A stretch of 36,447 nucleotides of DNA from a virus (taxonomy: Duplodnaviria; Caudoviricetes): positions 1-36,447 of the IMG/VR virus record IMGVR_UViG_3300032213_003164. The stretch is one strand, 5' to 3'. A model generated the notes under the pieces. That model was given only the letters and a program-made list of their open reading frames with translations. It did no database searches and was not told the DNA's origin. Shown here in pieces: positions 1 through 9,689 of the stretch; position 1 is the stretch's first letter, and each line of letters starts with the position of its first letter. Position numbers and translations under genes: made by a program.

Positions 1-465
1 CCTAATGGCAGATTTAAATCGGGAAAATTCGTACCAAGAAATCCCGAGATGTATATTGGCGATATTCACAACATAATCTATAGATCATCATGGGTAGGGA
101 GATTTTGCATGTATTGCGATCAGAATCCTAGCATCTTAAAATGGGCTTCAGAAGCGGTGCAAATAGAATATTGGAATCCCATTGATAAAAAAACCCACAT
201 TTACCACCCCGATTATTACATAAAGGTTCAAAAAGGGGATATGTCAACTGAGGATTGGATTATTGAAATAAAACCATCTTCCCAATATCAGTTAGAAAAA
301 AAACCAGTTCTAAAAGAACCAATGACAGAAAAGAGAATTAGATCCCATAACGATCAAATGCAAATCTGGATCGTGAATAGGGCTAAATTTGATGCTGCAA
401 TGAATTTTGCAAAATTCAACGGATATAAGTTCGGAGCTATAGATGAAAATTTCATTTTTAGATAA
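1..465 (+). CDS. gp4: Head completion nuclease, T4 gp4-like (TnsA-type endonuclease fold); 5' truncated by window
   Basis: Motifs GKFVPRNPE-YIGD, IIYRSSW, YCD-NP, W-SE, Y-PD, IEIKP. Frame is open from base 1 (PNGRFKSGKFVPRNPE...), so the true start lies left of the window, not at 49. Confidence 0.85.
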   Translation, partial: PNGRFKSGKFVPRNPEMYIGDIHNIIYRSSWVGRFCMYCDQNPSILKWASEAVQIEYWNPIDKKTHIYHPDYYIKVQKGDMSTEDWIIEIKPSSQYQLEKKPVLKEPMTEKRIRSHNDQMQIWIVNRAKFDAAMNFAKFNGYKFGAIDENFIFR

Positions 466-1037
466 TGGATTTTAAAATAGAAATAAGAGATGCTATAGAG
501 CAAGCTGGATCCCCCGCAAAATTAGCGGAGGAAAGCTTCCTGAATTATTCAAAGAACTATGCAGTACTCAGCAATTCAGAGTCACTTAGAAGTTTGGTTC
601 AGGGAAAGATCTACACATTTTATTATGATTCAGATATTAAGGCAGATAAGGGATTTGTTAATAGAAGACCCGTAGTGTTCTTTGAATCAAAAGAGATAAC
701 CCCATCAAAAAGCATAATAAAAGGAATAGACATGATCTTGCTAAGTCCAAAAGACAGAAAGAATTTCTTCATCCGATTACATTCTATTTATGGTAAAATC
801 ATGGATCAGAACGAAAAAAGAGATAGATCTGCGCACATGCCTTTAAGATTTGACCCCTCAGTATTAGAAACTTTAATGGGAGGTATCAAGTATAATCATG
901 CATACACCGGATACAAAATGGAAAAAATAAAAGGATTGAAAGAAATAGGGAGGGAAGAGTGGAGATATCTAGTATATCTAAACACCAAATCTATTGAGGG
1001 GGCTGATTTGAACGATATATACAACAAATATCAATAA
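465..1037 (+). CDS. Probable DNA end-protector protein, T4 gp2-like
   Basis: GKIYTFYYD..K....NRRPVVF resembles the gp2 G-x-Y-x-F-x-YD-x-K...P-x-V block; directly after gp4 with TAATG overlap. Confidence 0.55.
   Translation: MDFKIEIRDAIEQAGSPAKLAEESFLNYSKNYAVLSNSESLRSLVQGKIYTFYYDSDIKADKGFVNRRPVVFFESKEITPSKSIIKGIDMILLSPKDRKNFFIRLHSIYGKIMDQNEKRDRSAHMPLRFDPSVLETLMGGIKYNHAYTGYKMEKIKGLKEIGREEWRYLVYLNTKSIEGADLNDIYNKYQ
1014..1021 (+). promoter_or_regulatory. Putative late promoter GATATATA before portal 1
   Basis: Exact motif 15 nt upstream of ATG 1037; recurs at similar spacing before 9 other genes. Confidence 0.65.
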
Positions 1038-2629
1038 TGGCAGGATTTTTAGGAGATAATAGGAGCAATCCATTTTTTAGTAACGTTCTAAATAACCTTA
1101 GAAAAATAGGGTCTTTCGGAATGAACTATGGTGACATGGTTGTTAAAAACTCCCAAGCGGTGGGTACTACCGAAGCAATGTTCTTAAAACAGGGTGGGAT
1201 TCAGGATGAAAATTTCTTATATGCTTTAAGAAAGGCAGATACTACAGCTAAACAGTACATAGCTTATTTTGATAGGGATTATATTAATAAAAAAACATAT
1301 CTTAGAAGCTTTGCACTTAATCCTGAAATAGAATTTATTTTAGATACAGTTTGCGACGAAGCTATTGTATATGATGATAAAAACTTCTTCTCCTATTTTG
1401 TATCAACCGACATTAAGGGTATTGGTGAAGAGATGGAACAACAAATACAAGACAGATATAAAGAAATTTATAGTCTCTTTGGTTTTAATGAAGGAATATC
1501 TGCATGGCACTTTTTTAGAAACTTTTTAATTGATGGTATATTAGCATTTGAAATCATATTTGACTCAAGAGGAAAGAATATTATAGGATTTAAAGAATTG
1601 GATCCTGCATCATTATTGCCTTCTGTCGAAAAACAACTTGATGGTAATTTTGTAGAATGCTGGATTCAATACCCAGACAATCCTTCTTTATCTAGAAAAT
1701 TGTACGATTCACAGATTATTTATATTTCATACGCTAAAGGAAATACCACAACAAGAGTAAGCTATATAGAAAGATTGATCAGATCTTTTAATCTATTAAG
1801 AATTATGGAACATACCAGAGTGATTTGGAATGTTATGAATTCATCCTATAGAATGACAATGACTGTTCCAGTAGGAACAAAATCTCCACAAAAAGCAAAA
1901 CAATCATTGGCTGAATTAATGAGTATCTATAAAGAAGATATTAGCCTTAATCAAGATAGTGGTGAGCTTTTTGTAAACGGTAAACCAAACATTCAGTTCT
2001 TTAAAAATTACTTGATGCCTTCTACTCCTAACGGAACTCCTGATATAACACCATTAGCAGGAAGCGGAGATGCAACACCTTTTAGTGATTTAAAAGCTTT
2101 AGCATATTTTGCAGATAAACTTAAATTGGATTCTAAAATCCCGTATTCAAGATTCGATAGGGAAGATAGGGGTACACAAGGTACATTCAGTGGTAATGCA
2201 GAAGGATTAGATCAAGAAGAAATAAGATTCTTTAAATTCATTACAAGATTAAGATCAATCTATCAGGATATACTTCTAAAGCCTTTATGGATACAATTTT
2301 GCTTGGATCATCCAGAGCATAAAAAGGATTTCATGGTTAAGAGTCAATTCGGTTTAGATTATGTTAAAGATAATTCCTTTGCTGAAATAAAATATATGGA
2401 GATTCTTAATGCTAGAAAAGATCAGGTAACTAAAATTGCAGGTCTTTTAGATGCCGACGGAACACCATATTTCTCGTTAAAATATGTATTAGACAAATAT
2501 CTTGGAATGACCGATGATGATAAGATAGCTAACGAGAAAGCAAAGGAGGCAGCAGAGAAGAAGAAAAAAGAGAAGGAGAAAGAAGCAGAAGAAGCAGGGG
2601 AAGAACCAGAAGGAGAATTTAAACTTTAA
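1037..2629 (+). CDS. gp20: Portal protein, T4 gp20-like (paralog 1)
   Basis: LRSFALNPEIEFILD..DEAIVYD, FRNFLIDG, ELDP, SYIERLIRSFNLLRIME, PVG..SPQKA.Q.L.ELM..YK, YF..KL...SKIP.SRF, EEIRF.KFI.RLR; typical gp20 length. Confidence 0.9.
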   Translation: MAGFLGDNRSNPFFSNVLNNLRKIGSFGMNYGDMVVKNSQAVGTTEAMFLKQGGIQDENFLYALRKADTTAKQYIAYFDRDYINKKTYLRSFALNPEIEFILDTVCDEAIVYDDKNFFSYFVSTDIKGIGEEMEQQIQDRYKEIYSLFGFNEGISAWHFFRNFLIDGILAFEIIFDSRGKNIIGFKELDPASLLPSVEKQLDGNFVECWIQYPDNPSLSRKLYDSQIIYISYAKGNTTTRVSYIERLIRSFNLLRIMEHTRVIWNVMNSSYRMTMTVPVGTKSPQKAKQSLAELMSIYKEDISLNQDSGELFVNGKPNIQFFKNYLMPSTPNGTPDITPLAGSGDATPFSDLKALAYFADKLKLDSKIPYSRFDREDRGTQGTFSGNAEGLDQEEIRFFKFITRLRSIYQDILLKPLWIQFCLDHPEHKKDFMVKSQFGLDYVKDNSFAEIKYMEILNARKDQVTKIAGLLDADGTPYFSLKYVLDKYLGMTDDDKIANEKAKEAAEKKKKEKEKEAEEAGEEPEGEFKL

Positions 2630-2632
2630 TAA

Positions 2633-4357
2633 ATGGCAGGATTCATAGACAATTTTTCACAGAGTAACCCAAACATGGGACGTATACTCAAAGCCGTAAG
2701 TAAAATCGGAAGCTTCGGAATGGAGTATAAAGATCTTGTTGTGAAAAATTCTCAAGCAATTGGGGTTTCAGAAGCAATGATGAGACAAAAATTAGCATTA
2801 ACGGATTCTGATGAGGATTTTATTTTTAGCCTTGCAGCTGCAGATACCACTAGTAGAAAATACATTGCTTATTTTGATAAAGATTATCCATACAAAAGAG
2901 ATTTTTTAAGAAGCTTTGCACTCAATGCCGAGATAGAGTGGATTTTAGATATCCTTGCTGATGAAGCTATAGTTTATGATGATAGAAATTTTTGTTGCAG
3001 TCTATCACTGGTTAATATGGATCTAAAGGATGAAATAGCAGACTCATTAAGGGAGAATTTCAGAAAGATCTATGTTTCCCACGGATTTAACAACGGAATT
3101 TCAGCTTGGCAGTATTTTAGACAATTCCTAATAGATGGATTTTTATCTTTTGAAATAGTTTATTCCGATGATGGAAAACAAATAGTAGGATTTAAGGAAT
3201 TAGATCCAGTTTCATTGACCCCTTCTGTAGAAAGAAACCCCGGTGGCCAAACGGTTCAAATCTGGTATCAATACTACGGAGACAGCGTTAGAGAAAGAAA
3301 GCTATACGATGCTCAGGTAATCTATGTTTCTTTTGCAAACGGTAATAGCACAAGCAGAACAAGTTATGCTGAAAGATTAATTAGATCTCATAACCTTCTT
3401 AAGATAATGGAGCACACCAGAATCATATGGAATGTTATGAATGCTTCTTTCAGATTGAAAATGACTATCCCAGTTGGTTCAAGATCTCCACAAAAAGCAA
3501 AAGAGACATTAGGTGAATTAATGAATATGTATAAGGAAGACATAAAACTTAATACTGATTCCGGAGAATTGAGTATTAATGGACGTCCAAATTTACAATT
3601 CTATAAGAATTATCTTTTCCCAGTACAAGGAGGGGAGTCACCTAAAATTGAGACTATTAATAATGCAGGTCCTAATCTAAATGTTATAGATGCTGTGGTT
3701 TATTTCTTTAATAAATTAAAAGCAGATTCTAAAATACCATTTAATAGATTCGCTGCTAGATCCGGTGGAACTGTAGGAACCTATAAGATAGGAGCAGAAT
3801 CTGCAGAAAGAGACGAGATTAGATATAATAAATTCATTAATAGAATTAGATCGATCTATCAAGAGATCATACTAAAACCATTATGGATTCAAATGACTTT
3901 AGATTATCCAGAACTTGATAACGATCCTATATTTAGATCTCAATTAGGTCTTAAATTTAACTCAGATAATCAGTTTGGCGAATCTAAAGAGATTGAACAA
4001 CTAATTAAGAAAATAGATTTTATAGCCGGACTTTCCGAAATAAAGGAAAAGAAAGGGGAGGAAGAACTTCCATATTTTAGCCAGGATTTCCTTATAGATA
4101 AATTTTTAGGATTAACCAACGAAGATAGAAGAGTTAATAATATCTACAAGAAAAAGGAGGAGGAGGAGGAAGGCAAACAAGCAGCAGCTGCTTCGGGATC
4201 TGCTACCCCAGCACCAGCAGGGGGAAGTGACGCAGCAACCCCAGCAGCAGAAACTGGAGGCGATGAAGCAGCACCAGCAGAAGCTGCACCTGCGGAAGAA
4301 GCACCAGCACCAGCAGTAGAAGCTGCACCTGCAGCAGAAGAGACAGAAGCACCCTAA
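2633..4357 (+). CDS. gp20: Portal protein, T4 gp20-like (paralog 2) with Ala/Pro/Glu-rich C-terminal tail
   Basis: Same gp20 blocks colinear with paralog 1 (LRSFALNAEIEWILD, FRQFLIDG, SYAERLIRSHNLLKIME, RDEIRYNKFINRIR). Confidence 0.9.
   Translation: MAGFIDNFSQSNPNMGRILKAVSKIGSFGMEYKDLVVKNSQAIGVSEAMMRQKLALTDSDEDFIFSLAAADTTSRKYIAYFDKDYPYKRDFLRSFALNAEIEWILDILADEAIVYDDRNFCCSLSLVNMDLKDEIADSLRENFRKIYVSHGFNNGISAWQYFRQFLIDGFLSFEIVYSDDGKQIVGFKELDPVSLTPSVERNPGGQTVQIWYQYYGDSVRERKLYDAQVIYVSFANGNSTSRTSYAERLIRSHNLLKIMEHTRIIWNVMNASFRLKMTIPVGSRSPQKAKETLGELMNMYKEDIKLNTDSGELSINGRPNLQFYKNYLFPVQGGESPKIETINNAGPNLNVIDAVVYFFNKLKADSKIPFNRFAARSGGTVGTYKIGAESAERDEIRYNKFINRIRSIYQEIILKPLWIQMTLDYPELDNDPIFRSQLGLKFNSDNQFGESKEIEQLIKKIDFIAGLSEIKEKKGEEELPYFSQDFLIDKFLGLTNEDRRVNNIYKKKEEEEEGKQAAAASGSATPAPAGGSDAATPAAETGGDEAAPAEAAPAEEAPAPAVEAAPAAEETEAP
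4141..4354 (+). repeat. Low-complexity GCA/CCA-rich coding repeat (AAPAE-type) at portal 2 C-terminus
   Basis: Repeated gcaccagca / gaagctgcacctgc units encoding AAPAEAAPAEEAPAPAVEAAPAAEE. Confidence 0.8.
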
Positions 4358-4390
4358 TTTGAAACATTTTTTATAATCGCGTTTTTTATT

Positions 4391-4398
4391 TACATTTG
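4391..4398 (+). promoter_or_regulatory. Bacteroidota-type -7 promoter box (TAnnTTTG) before DNA ligase
   Basis: TACATTTG in the intergenic gap, 18 nt before ATG 4417. Confidence 0.55.
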
Positions 4399-4416
4399 AC
4401 CTGTAAATAAACAAAC

Positions 4417-5739
4417 ATGAATAAAGAATTAGAACTATTATTAGAAATTGAAGGATCCACCGGTGAGGGGTCTCAAAAAAGAAAACAGGAATTAATTTCC
4501 TCTAATCTAACTCCTGAATTGGAGTATATCTTATCCATTTGTTTTGATCCATTCGTTACAACAAAGCTACACAAGCTAAATTATAGCGAGATCTCAAATT
4601 CCACAGAAAATTCGAACCTATTTACACAATTTGTTGATCTATGTGAAGAGCTTAAGAAAGCACCAGCTATAAACGATCATTTAAGGACCAAGGCTGAACG
4701 TTTGGTTGAATCTACTGGTTATCATACAGAATTAAATAAAGTACTCGCTAAAGTGCTTACAAAGCGAATGAATATAGGGGTGGGTGCTAAACTCATTAAT
4801 AAAGCAGTGGGAAAAGAATTAATTCCCGATCCTAGCTTAATGTTAGCAGAGGATGATCACAAAGCTATTGATAAATGGAATTCCATTGTTTGCGAAGAAA
4901 AATATGATGGAGTTAGAGTTATTTGTGTCATAGAAGACAGAATTCCTAAATTCTATACCAGAGCATTTAATGAACTAAATAGCAAATTTCTAACAAAAAT
5001 AGCAAACCAACTATTAATCATTTCAAAAGGAATAGATGGTATTTTTTTCGACGGAGAGCTTACCGATTTAGACAGAAAGGGTGTTAGCGGCAAGGTTAAT
5101 CAAATGCTTAAAGGATCACCAAAAGAGTCCATAGGCGACGATCTACTTTTTAACACATTTGACATAGATCCTATTACATCTATCAGAAGCGGCAAAGGAA
5201 GTACTCCATACACAGAACGCAGGGATTTACTAGAAAAACTTTTTGAAAATGCAGAAACCCCTAATATAGTTTTAGCAAGAAAATGGGAAGCAAAGACTAA
5301 GGAAGAATTAATGCCAATTTATGATCAGATAGTAGCTAACGGAGGCGAAGGTGTTATTATGAAAGATCCTAATCACGTATACGAATGCAAAAGATCTAAA
5401 TCTTGGATTAAATTTAAGGAAGTAGAAGATTGTGATTTAGAAGTTACTGGTTGGTATCCAGGTGAAGGAAAAAGAGAAGGATTTATCGGAGGATTTAATT
5501 GTAAAGATGCATCAGGAGAATATCAGGTAAAAGTTGGATCTGGATTTACAGAAGCAGATCTTATTTCTCTATCTAAAAATCCTGATTCTTTGATTGGTAG
5601 AATTGTAACATTACAATATAACGTCCCTATAGAAGATAAGAACGGTAGTAAATCTTTATTCTTACCTAGATTTATAGAAGTTAGAAGTGATAAGACAGAA
5701 CCAGAAAACCTAGTAACAAGATTTAACAAAAAGAAATAA
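4417..5739 (+). CDS. lig: ATP-dependent DNA ligase
   Basis: Motif I EEKYDGVR, FDGEL, EGVIMK, WIKFK, OB-fold KVGSGF and SLFLPRF. Confidence 0.95.
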   Translation: MNKELELLLEIEGSTGEGSQKRKQELISSNLTPELEYILSICFDPFVTTKLHKLNYSEISNSTENSNLFTQFVDLCEELKKAPAINDHLRTKAERLVESTGYHTELNKVLAKVLTKRMNIGVGAKLINKAVGKELIPDPSLMLAEDDHKAIDKWNSIVCEEKYDGVRVICVIEDRIPKFYTRAFNELNSKFLTKIANQLLIISKGIDGIFFDGELTDLDRKGVSGKVNQMLKGSPKESIGDDLLFNTFDIDPITSIRSGKGSTPYTERRDLLEKLFENAETPNIVLARKWEAKTKEELMPIYDQIVANGGEGVIMKDPNHVYECKRSKSWIKFKEVEDCDLEVTGWYPGEGKREGFIGGFNCKDASGEYQVKVGSGFTEADLISLSKNPDSLIGRIVTLQYNVPIEDKNGSKSLFLPRFIEVRSDKTEPENLVTRFNKKK

Positions 5740-6683
5740 TGATCAATATTCTATTAACTGAGAAATTAAGGCCAAAAGAGCTAAAGCACATGATCCTTCC
5801 ACAAAGGATTAAAGATGCTTTTCAGAACGGACTACAACAGAACGTTTTATTAACTGGATCTCCTGGATCTGGTAAAACGTCTCTTGCTAAGATACTTTCT
5901 AATGATTCGCCAAGATTATTCATTAATGTTTCTGACGAAAGCTCGGTAGACACGGTAAGAGAAAAGATAACAGGATTTTGCTCTACTATCTCCATTATGA
6001 ACGAGGAGAATGCTATGAAGGTTGTAGTGCTGGATGAGTTTGATGGTGCATCAGATCAATTCTATAAGGCTCTTAGAGGAACTATAGAAAAATTTGCTAA
6101 GACCACTAGATTTGTTGCAACATGTAACTGGATCAATAAAGTTCCTCCTCCGATGCAAAGTAGATTTCAGGTTTTTATTTTTGATCCGGTAAATAAGGAA
6201 GAAGAAGAGGATCTAAGGAATCAATGGAGATCTAGAATTAGATTGATTCTAACAAAGATGGATATTTCGATCGACGATAATGCATTAGACTCTTTTGTTA
6301 AGAAATATTATCCAGATATGAGATCTGGATTAAATTGTATTCAAAGATGGCAAATTCAAGGATTAGGTGCTATAACAGAAGAAAAGGTTTCTGAATCATC
6401 TTGGGATTACGAAGAGCTGTATGAGATGATCTTTGAAAAATTGGATCCAGTAAAAAGCTACCAAGTTATAGTTGGACAGTACTCTAATTCAGTTGGAGAA
6501 ATTATGGAATCACTAGGAAGAGAATTTATAGAATGGGTAAAAGAAAAGAAACCAGGGAAAGTTCAGATGATCCCAGCATCTATGATTCTTATTGCACAAC
6601 ACCAGGCTCAAAGAAATCAAGTAATAGATCCAGTTGTTAGCTTGCTGTCCTTATTCTATTCTTTACAAAAATTAACACAGTAG
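5739..6683 (+). CDS. gp44: Sliding-clamp loader ATPase subunit (T4 gp44 / RFC small-like)
   Basis: TEKLRPK, Walker A GSPGSGKT, Walker B VVVLDEFD, ALRGTIE, RFVATCN, QSRF, YYPDMR. Confidence 0.92.
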   Translation: MINILLTEKLRPKELKHMILPQRIKDAFQNGLQQNVLLTGSPGSGKTSLAKILSNDSPRLFINVSDESSVDTVREKITGFCSTISIMNEENAMKVVVLDEFDGASDQFYKALRGTIEKFAKTTRFVATCNWINKVPPPMQSRFQVFIFDPVNKEEEEDLRNQWRSRIRLILTKMDISIDDNALDSFVKKYYPDMRSGLNCIQRWQIQGLGAITEEKVSESSWDYEELYEMIFEKLDPVKSYQVIVGQYSNSVGEIMESLGREFIEWVKEKKPGKVQMIPASMILIAQHQAQRNQVIDPVVSLLSLFYSLQKLTQ

Positions 6684-7154
6684 ATGAGAAATAAAATAGT
6701 AATTGTCGGAAGAGGAGGCTCAGGCAAAGATTTTTTAAGAAAAAAATTTGAATTAAGGGGATTTAAGTATTGTGTTTCGTGTACGAGTAGGCCTATTAGA
6801 GAAGGTGAAGAAGATGGGAAGGATTATAAATTTACTGACGTTAATTTTTTTGACAATAATGTCATTAAGTTCTATGAAATTGACGAGTTCAATGGATGGA
6901 AGTATGGAACTTTAATAGAGGACTTTGAGGATGCAAATTTATTTATTATGACACCAAGGGGTGTTAATAACATAAGAATAAAGGATAGAAAAAATTGCTT
7001 TGTTGTCTTTATAGATCCTGATAAAGAAACGATTAGAAAAAGATTGCTTGAAAGAAGAGACGCAGATTCTGCAGATAGAAGAATAGAAGCCGACGATAAG
7101 GACTTTTTTGGGTTTTCTAACTATGATATGAGAGTAACAAATAACGATTTTTAA
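6684..7154 (+). CDS. gmk: Guanylate kinase-like protein
   Basis: P-loop GRGGSGKD, SCTSRPIREGEEDGKDYKF, FNGWKYGT. Confidence 0.88.
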   Translation: MRNKIVIVGRGGSGKDFLRKKFELRGFKYCVSCTSRPIREGEEDGKDYKFTDVNFFDNNVIKFYEIDEFNGWKYGTLIEDFEDANLFIMTPRGVNNIRIKDRKNCFVVFIDPDKETIRKRLLERRDADSADRRIEADDKDFFGFSNYDMRVTNNDF

Positions 7155-7155
7155 T

Positions 7156-8286
7156 ATGGTTAGTGTAATTATAGATGGGAACTACTTATTTCATAAGACG
7201 TTCGCTATATTTTCAGATTTTGGTGCTAAACAACCAGGTGAGGTTCTTTCTCAAGAAGCTGATCAAGGTATGTTTATGAGAAAGATAATGACAGATCTTT
7301 GTTATTCATTAAATCAAATTCCAGTAAATGGACATGTTATATTTTGTAAGGATTCTAGATCTTGGAGAAAAGACTTAAAGATTGAAAGAGCAGACTATAA
7401 AGGATCTAGGGTAAAAGATGAAAAAGTAGATTGGGGATCGTTCTTCGATCTAATGGACGAATTTGGAAAATTCCTAGAATTAAGTGGGTACATCTATTCT
7501 AAATCTAATGGGGCGGAAGGAGATGATCTCCTTTGGTTTTGGAATAAAAAGTTAAGAGGTCTGGGTCATAATGTTGTAGTGTATTCGGGAGATAAAGACA
7601 GCCATCAATTAGTAGGGCACGAAGAAACATGGACTATATGTTGGAATGCAAATTCTAAAAATAATAAAATATTTTGTCCAGATAATTGGAAAGATAATTA
7701 TCTTAATAAAGAAAGAGAAACTTCGATTTTTAATCTGGATTTTATAGCTGATAACGAAAAAGATAAAATGGTGCATCTATCTTCATCAGCTACTTTAGAA
7801 TATACTGATCCTATCCGATTGACTTTTGAAAAAATTCTAACGGGCGATAAAGGAGATGACGTACCAAGTGTTTTCTCTTATGAAAAAACACCGGGTAAGA
7901 TATTTAAGTTAACAAAATCAAAAGCTGAATCGATCTATGAAAGTTTTAAACAATCAGGATGGGGAAATTCAAGGTTAGAAGATGTTTGGAAAGATGATGA
8001 ATTTATGGATTGGATTTCTGGATATGTTTTAAGATCCTTGAATTATACAGATAATGCTAGTAACAGAAAAGAGGTATCTAATAATTACCAAGAAAATGCA
8101 CAATTGGTTTGGCTATCAGATCAAGTCATTCCCGAAAAGGTTTTAGCAGATATGGAATTTGCATACACAATGATAGATCTTGAGGTTAAACCCGTATTAA
8201 TAGATAAGAAAAATTTAATTGGCAGATCAAGATGGGATCAATACGAAGCCCCTTCTGCCTTCAATCCTTTTAAGAGTTTTAAATAA
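7156..8286 (+). CDS. rnh: 5'-3' exonuclease / T4-type RNase H (FEN family)
   Basis: IIDGNY, D.RSWRK, YKGSR, AEGDD, SGDKD..QL, KILTGDKGDDVP. Confidence 0.9.
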   Translation: MVSVIIDGNYLFHKTFAIFSDFGAKQPGEVLSQEADQGMFMRKIMTDLCYSLNQIPVNGHVIFCKDSRSWRKDLKIERADYKGSRVKDEKVDWGSFFDLMDEFGKFLELSGYIYSKSNGAEGDDLLWFWNKKLRGLGHNVVVYSGDKDSHQLVGHEETWTICWNANSKNNKIFCPDNWKDNYLNKERETSIFNLDFIADNEKDKMVHLSSSATLEYTDPIRLTFEKILTGDKGDDVPSVFSYEKTPGKIFKLTKSKAESIYESFKQSGWGNSRLEDVWKDDEFMDWISGYVLRSLNYTDNASNRKEVSNNYQENAQLVWLSDQVIPEKVLADMEFAYTMIDLEVKPVLIDKKNLIGRSRWDQYEAPSAFNPFKSFK

Positions 8287-8684
8287 TGGAATTATTTGAT
8301 ATTTTAAAAGCCTTCTTTAATAAAAAGAACTGGGAAGATGTATCTAATCACGATAAGGCTAGAAATTTCTTTATGATCAATAGAATAATGGGTATTGCAT
8401 TCCCGTTACAAGCTAATGCCTTTAATAGCACTAAAATAGATCCAGTTTCAGTGGTTAATTATTGGAAAGAGACATTAAACACCAAATACAAAGCCCCTCC
8501 TGGATGGTTTTTTACAGCCACCAGAAAGAAAGAAAAATCCAATGCTTTTTCTCCGGAGGAAGAGGTTTCTGAATTTATTAAATTCAGGTATGAAATTTCT
8601 AACAGAGAAATCCAAGATCTAGGTAAGTATTTCCCAAAAGAGTTTAAAGAATTTTCTAAATCGATTAAAGATGTACTAGGTTAG
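8286..8684 (+). CDS. Probable clamp-loader small subunit (T4 gp62-like)
   Basis: NFFMINRIMG...ANAFN resembles the gp62 F-M/I-x-N-R...AN-x-x-N block; size and position in the replication operon fit. Confidence 0.55.
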   Translation: MELFDILKAFFNKKNWEDVSNHDKARNFFMINRIMGIAFPLQANAFNSTKIDPVSVVNYWKETLNTKYKAPPGWFFTATRKKEKSNAFSPEEEVSEFIKFRYEISNREIQDLGKYFPKEFKEFSKSIKDVLG

Positions 8685-8702
8685 TACTGCTTATTTTCTT
8701 CG

Positions 8703-8710
8703 GATATATA
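8703..8710 (+). promoter_or_regulatory. Putative late promoter GATATATA
   Basis: Intergenic, 19 nt upstream of ATG 8730. Confidence 0.7.
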
Positions 8711-8729
8711 AGTAAAGTATCAACCCGAA

Positions 8730-9656
8730 ATGACAGAACTAACAGAATTAAATCTACGATCCATTTTAAATTCGCAGGATTATAGGCTAACAACAGAAAC
8801 CAATTTTCAACAAATACAAGAGGCCATAGATTTGCTTCAGTCCTCTTTTGGGATAGTCTTCGATCCCAATCCAACAATAAACTCACAGAGCGCATCATTT
8901 ACGTTGGACGTGATAAAAGGTAATTCAATTAAATTACCATCTATAGGAACAACTAAGATTAGTTTAGACGGCACAAACGGGGGTATAATAGGTTCTTCTA
9001 TAAACGCATCTAAAAATGTTTATGTTGGTGGGGATCTTTTACTTTACAACGATTCTGGTAGCGATGGTAGAATTAAATTCTCAGTAGATAAAGTAAATGA
9101 TGAAATAAAGGCACCAGAGGTTGGTCAAATAAGATTTACTGGTAGCGCATTTCAAGGGTATGCATTTCAAGATGAGGTTTCTTCTAAATTTTCTTTCACT
9201 ATAGGATCCACAGGAAGTGGGAATCTTACATTATCTTATGATGGATCTGCAATCTTAACAATCGCTTGGCAAGGAACGGCGCATTCAACTGCTAATAAAA
9301 TAGTTTCTGCAATAGCAGATCTCTCTGATATAGAAAATGTAAACGGACCGGCAATAAAGGCATCATCTTCAATAAATACGGTAACTATCGAATCGTTACC
9401 AGGATTTGCGTCAGCAATGAATGGTGTTGCAGTTTCAGTATCTGCTTCTAGCATGACAGTTACACCTTCATCAGGTAATATGACAGGGGGTATAGATGGA
9501 ACAGCAGGATGGATAAACTTTTTTAACGGGGAAACAGTTTCTTACACACCAGGTACGCCTAGTAATTGGAACGGTACAGCACCTACAACCTTACAAGGGG
9601 CTATAGACAGATTAGCGGCATTAGTTAAAACATTAAACAGTGGAACCGGGGCGTAA
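8730..9656 (+). CDS. Putative fibre/decoration-type virion protein
   Basis: Gly/Ser/Thr-rich; GQIRFTGSAFQGY and C-terminal PTTLQGAIDRLA resemble phage fibre motifs; preceded by GATATATA. Confidence 0.5.
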   Translation: MTELTELNLRSILNSQDYRLTTETNFQQIQEAIDLLQSSFGIVFDPNPTINSQSASFTLDVIKGNSIKLPSIGTTKISLDGTNGGIIGSSINASKNVYVGGDLLLYNDSGSDGRIKFSVDKVNDEIKAPEVGQIRFTGSAFQGYAFQDEVSSKFSFTIGSTGSGNLTLSYDGSAILTIAWQGTAHSTANKIVSAIADLSDIENVNGPAIKASSSINTVTIESLPGFASAMNGVAVSVSASSMTVTPSSGNMTGGIDGTAGWINFFNGETVSYTPGTPSNWNGTAPTTLQGAIDRLAALVKTLNSGTGA

Positions 9657-9689
9657 TATTAAAATAGCAAAATAAACGACAGTACTAAT

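Noticed and set aside
1-465. TnsA-like nuclease as a Tn7 transposon gene
   Set aside because: No tnsB/C or transposon ends; context beside gp2 and portal fits gp4 head completion protein.
1037-4357. Portal duplication as an assembly repeat or a split gene
   Set aside because: Copies differ throughout at DNA level and each is full length; readthrough fusion is unlikely across the double TAATAA stop.
6681-6686. In-frame TAG-ATG junction between clamp loader and guanylate kinase (possible readthrough fusion)
   Set aside because: Both proteins are complete on their own; tight packing explains it.
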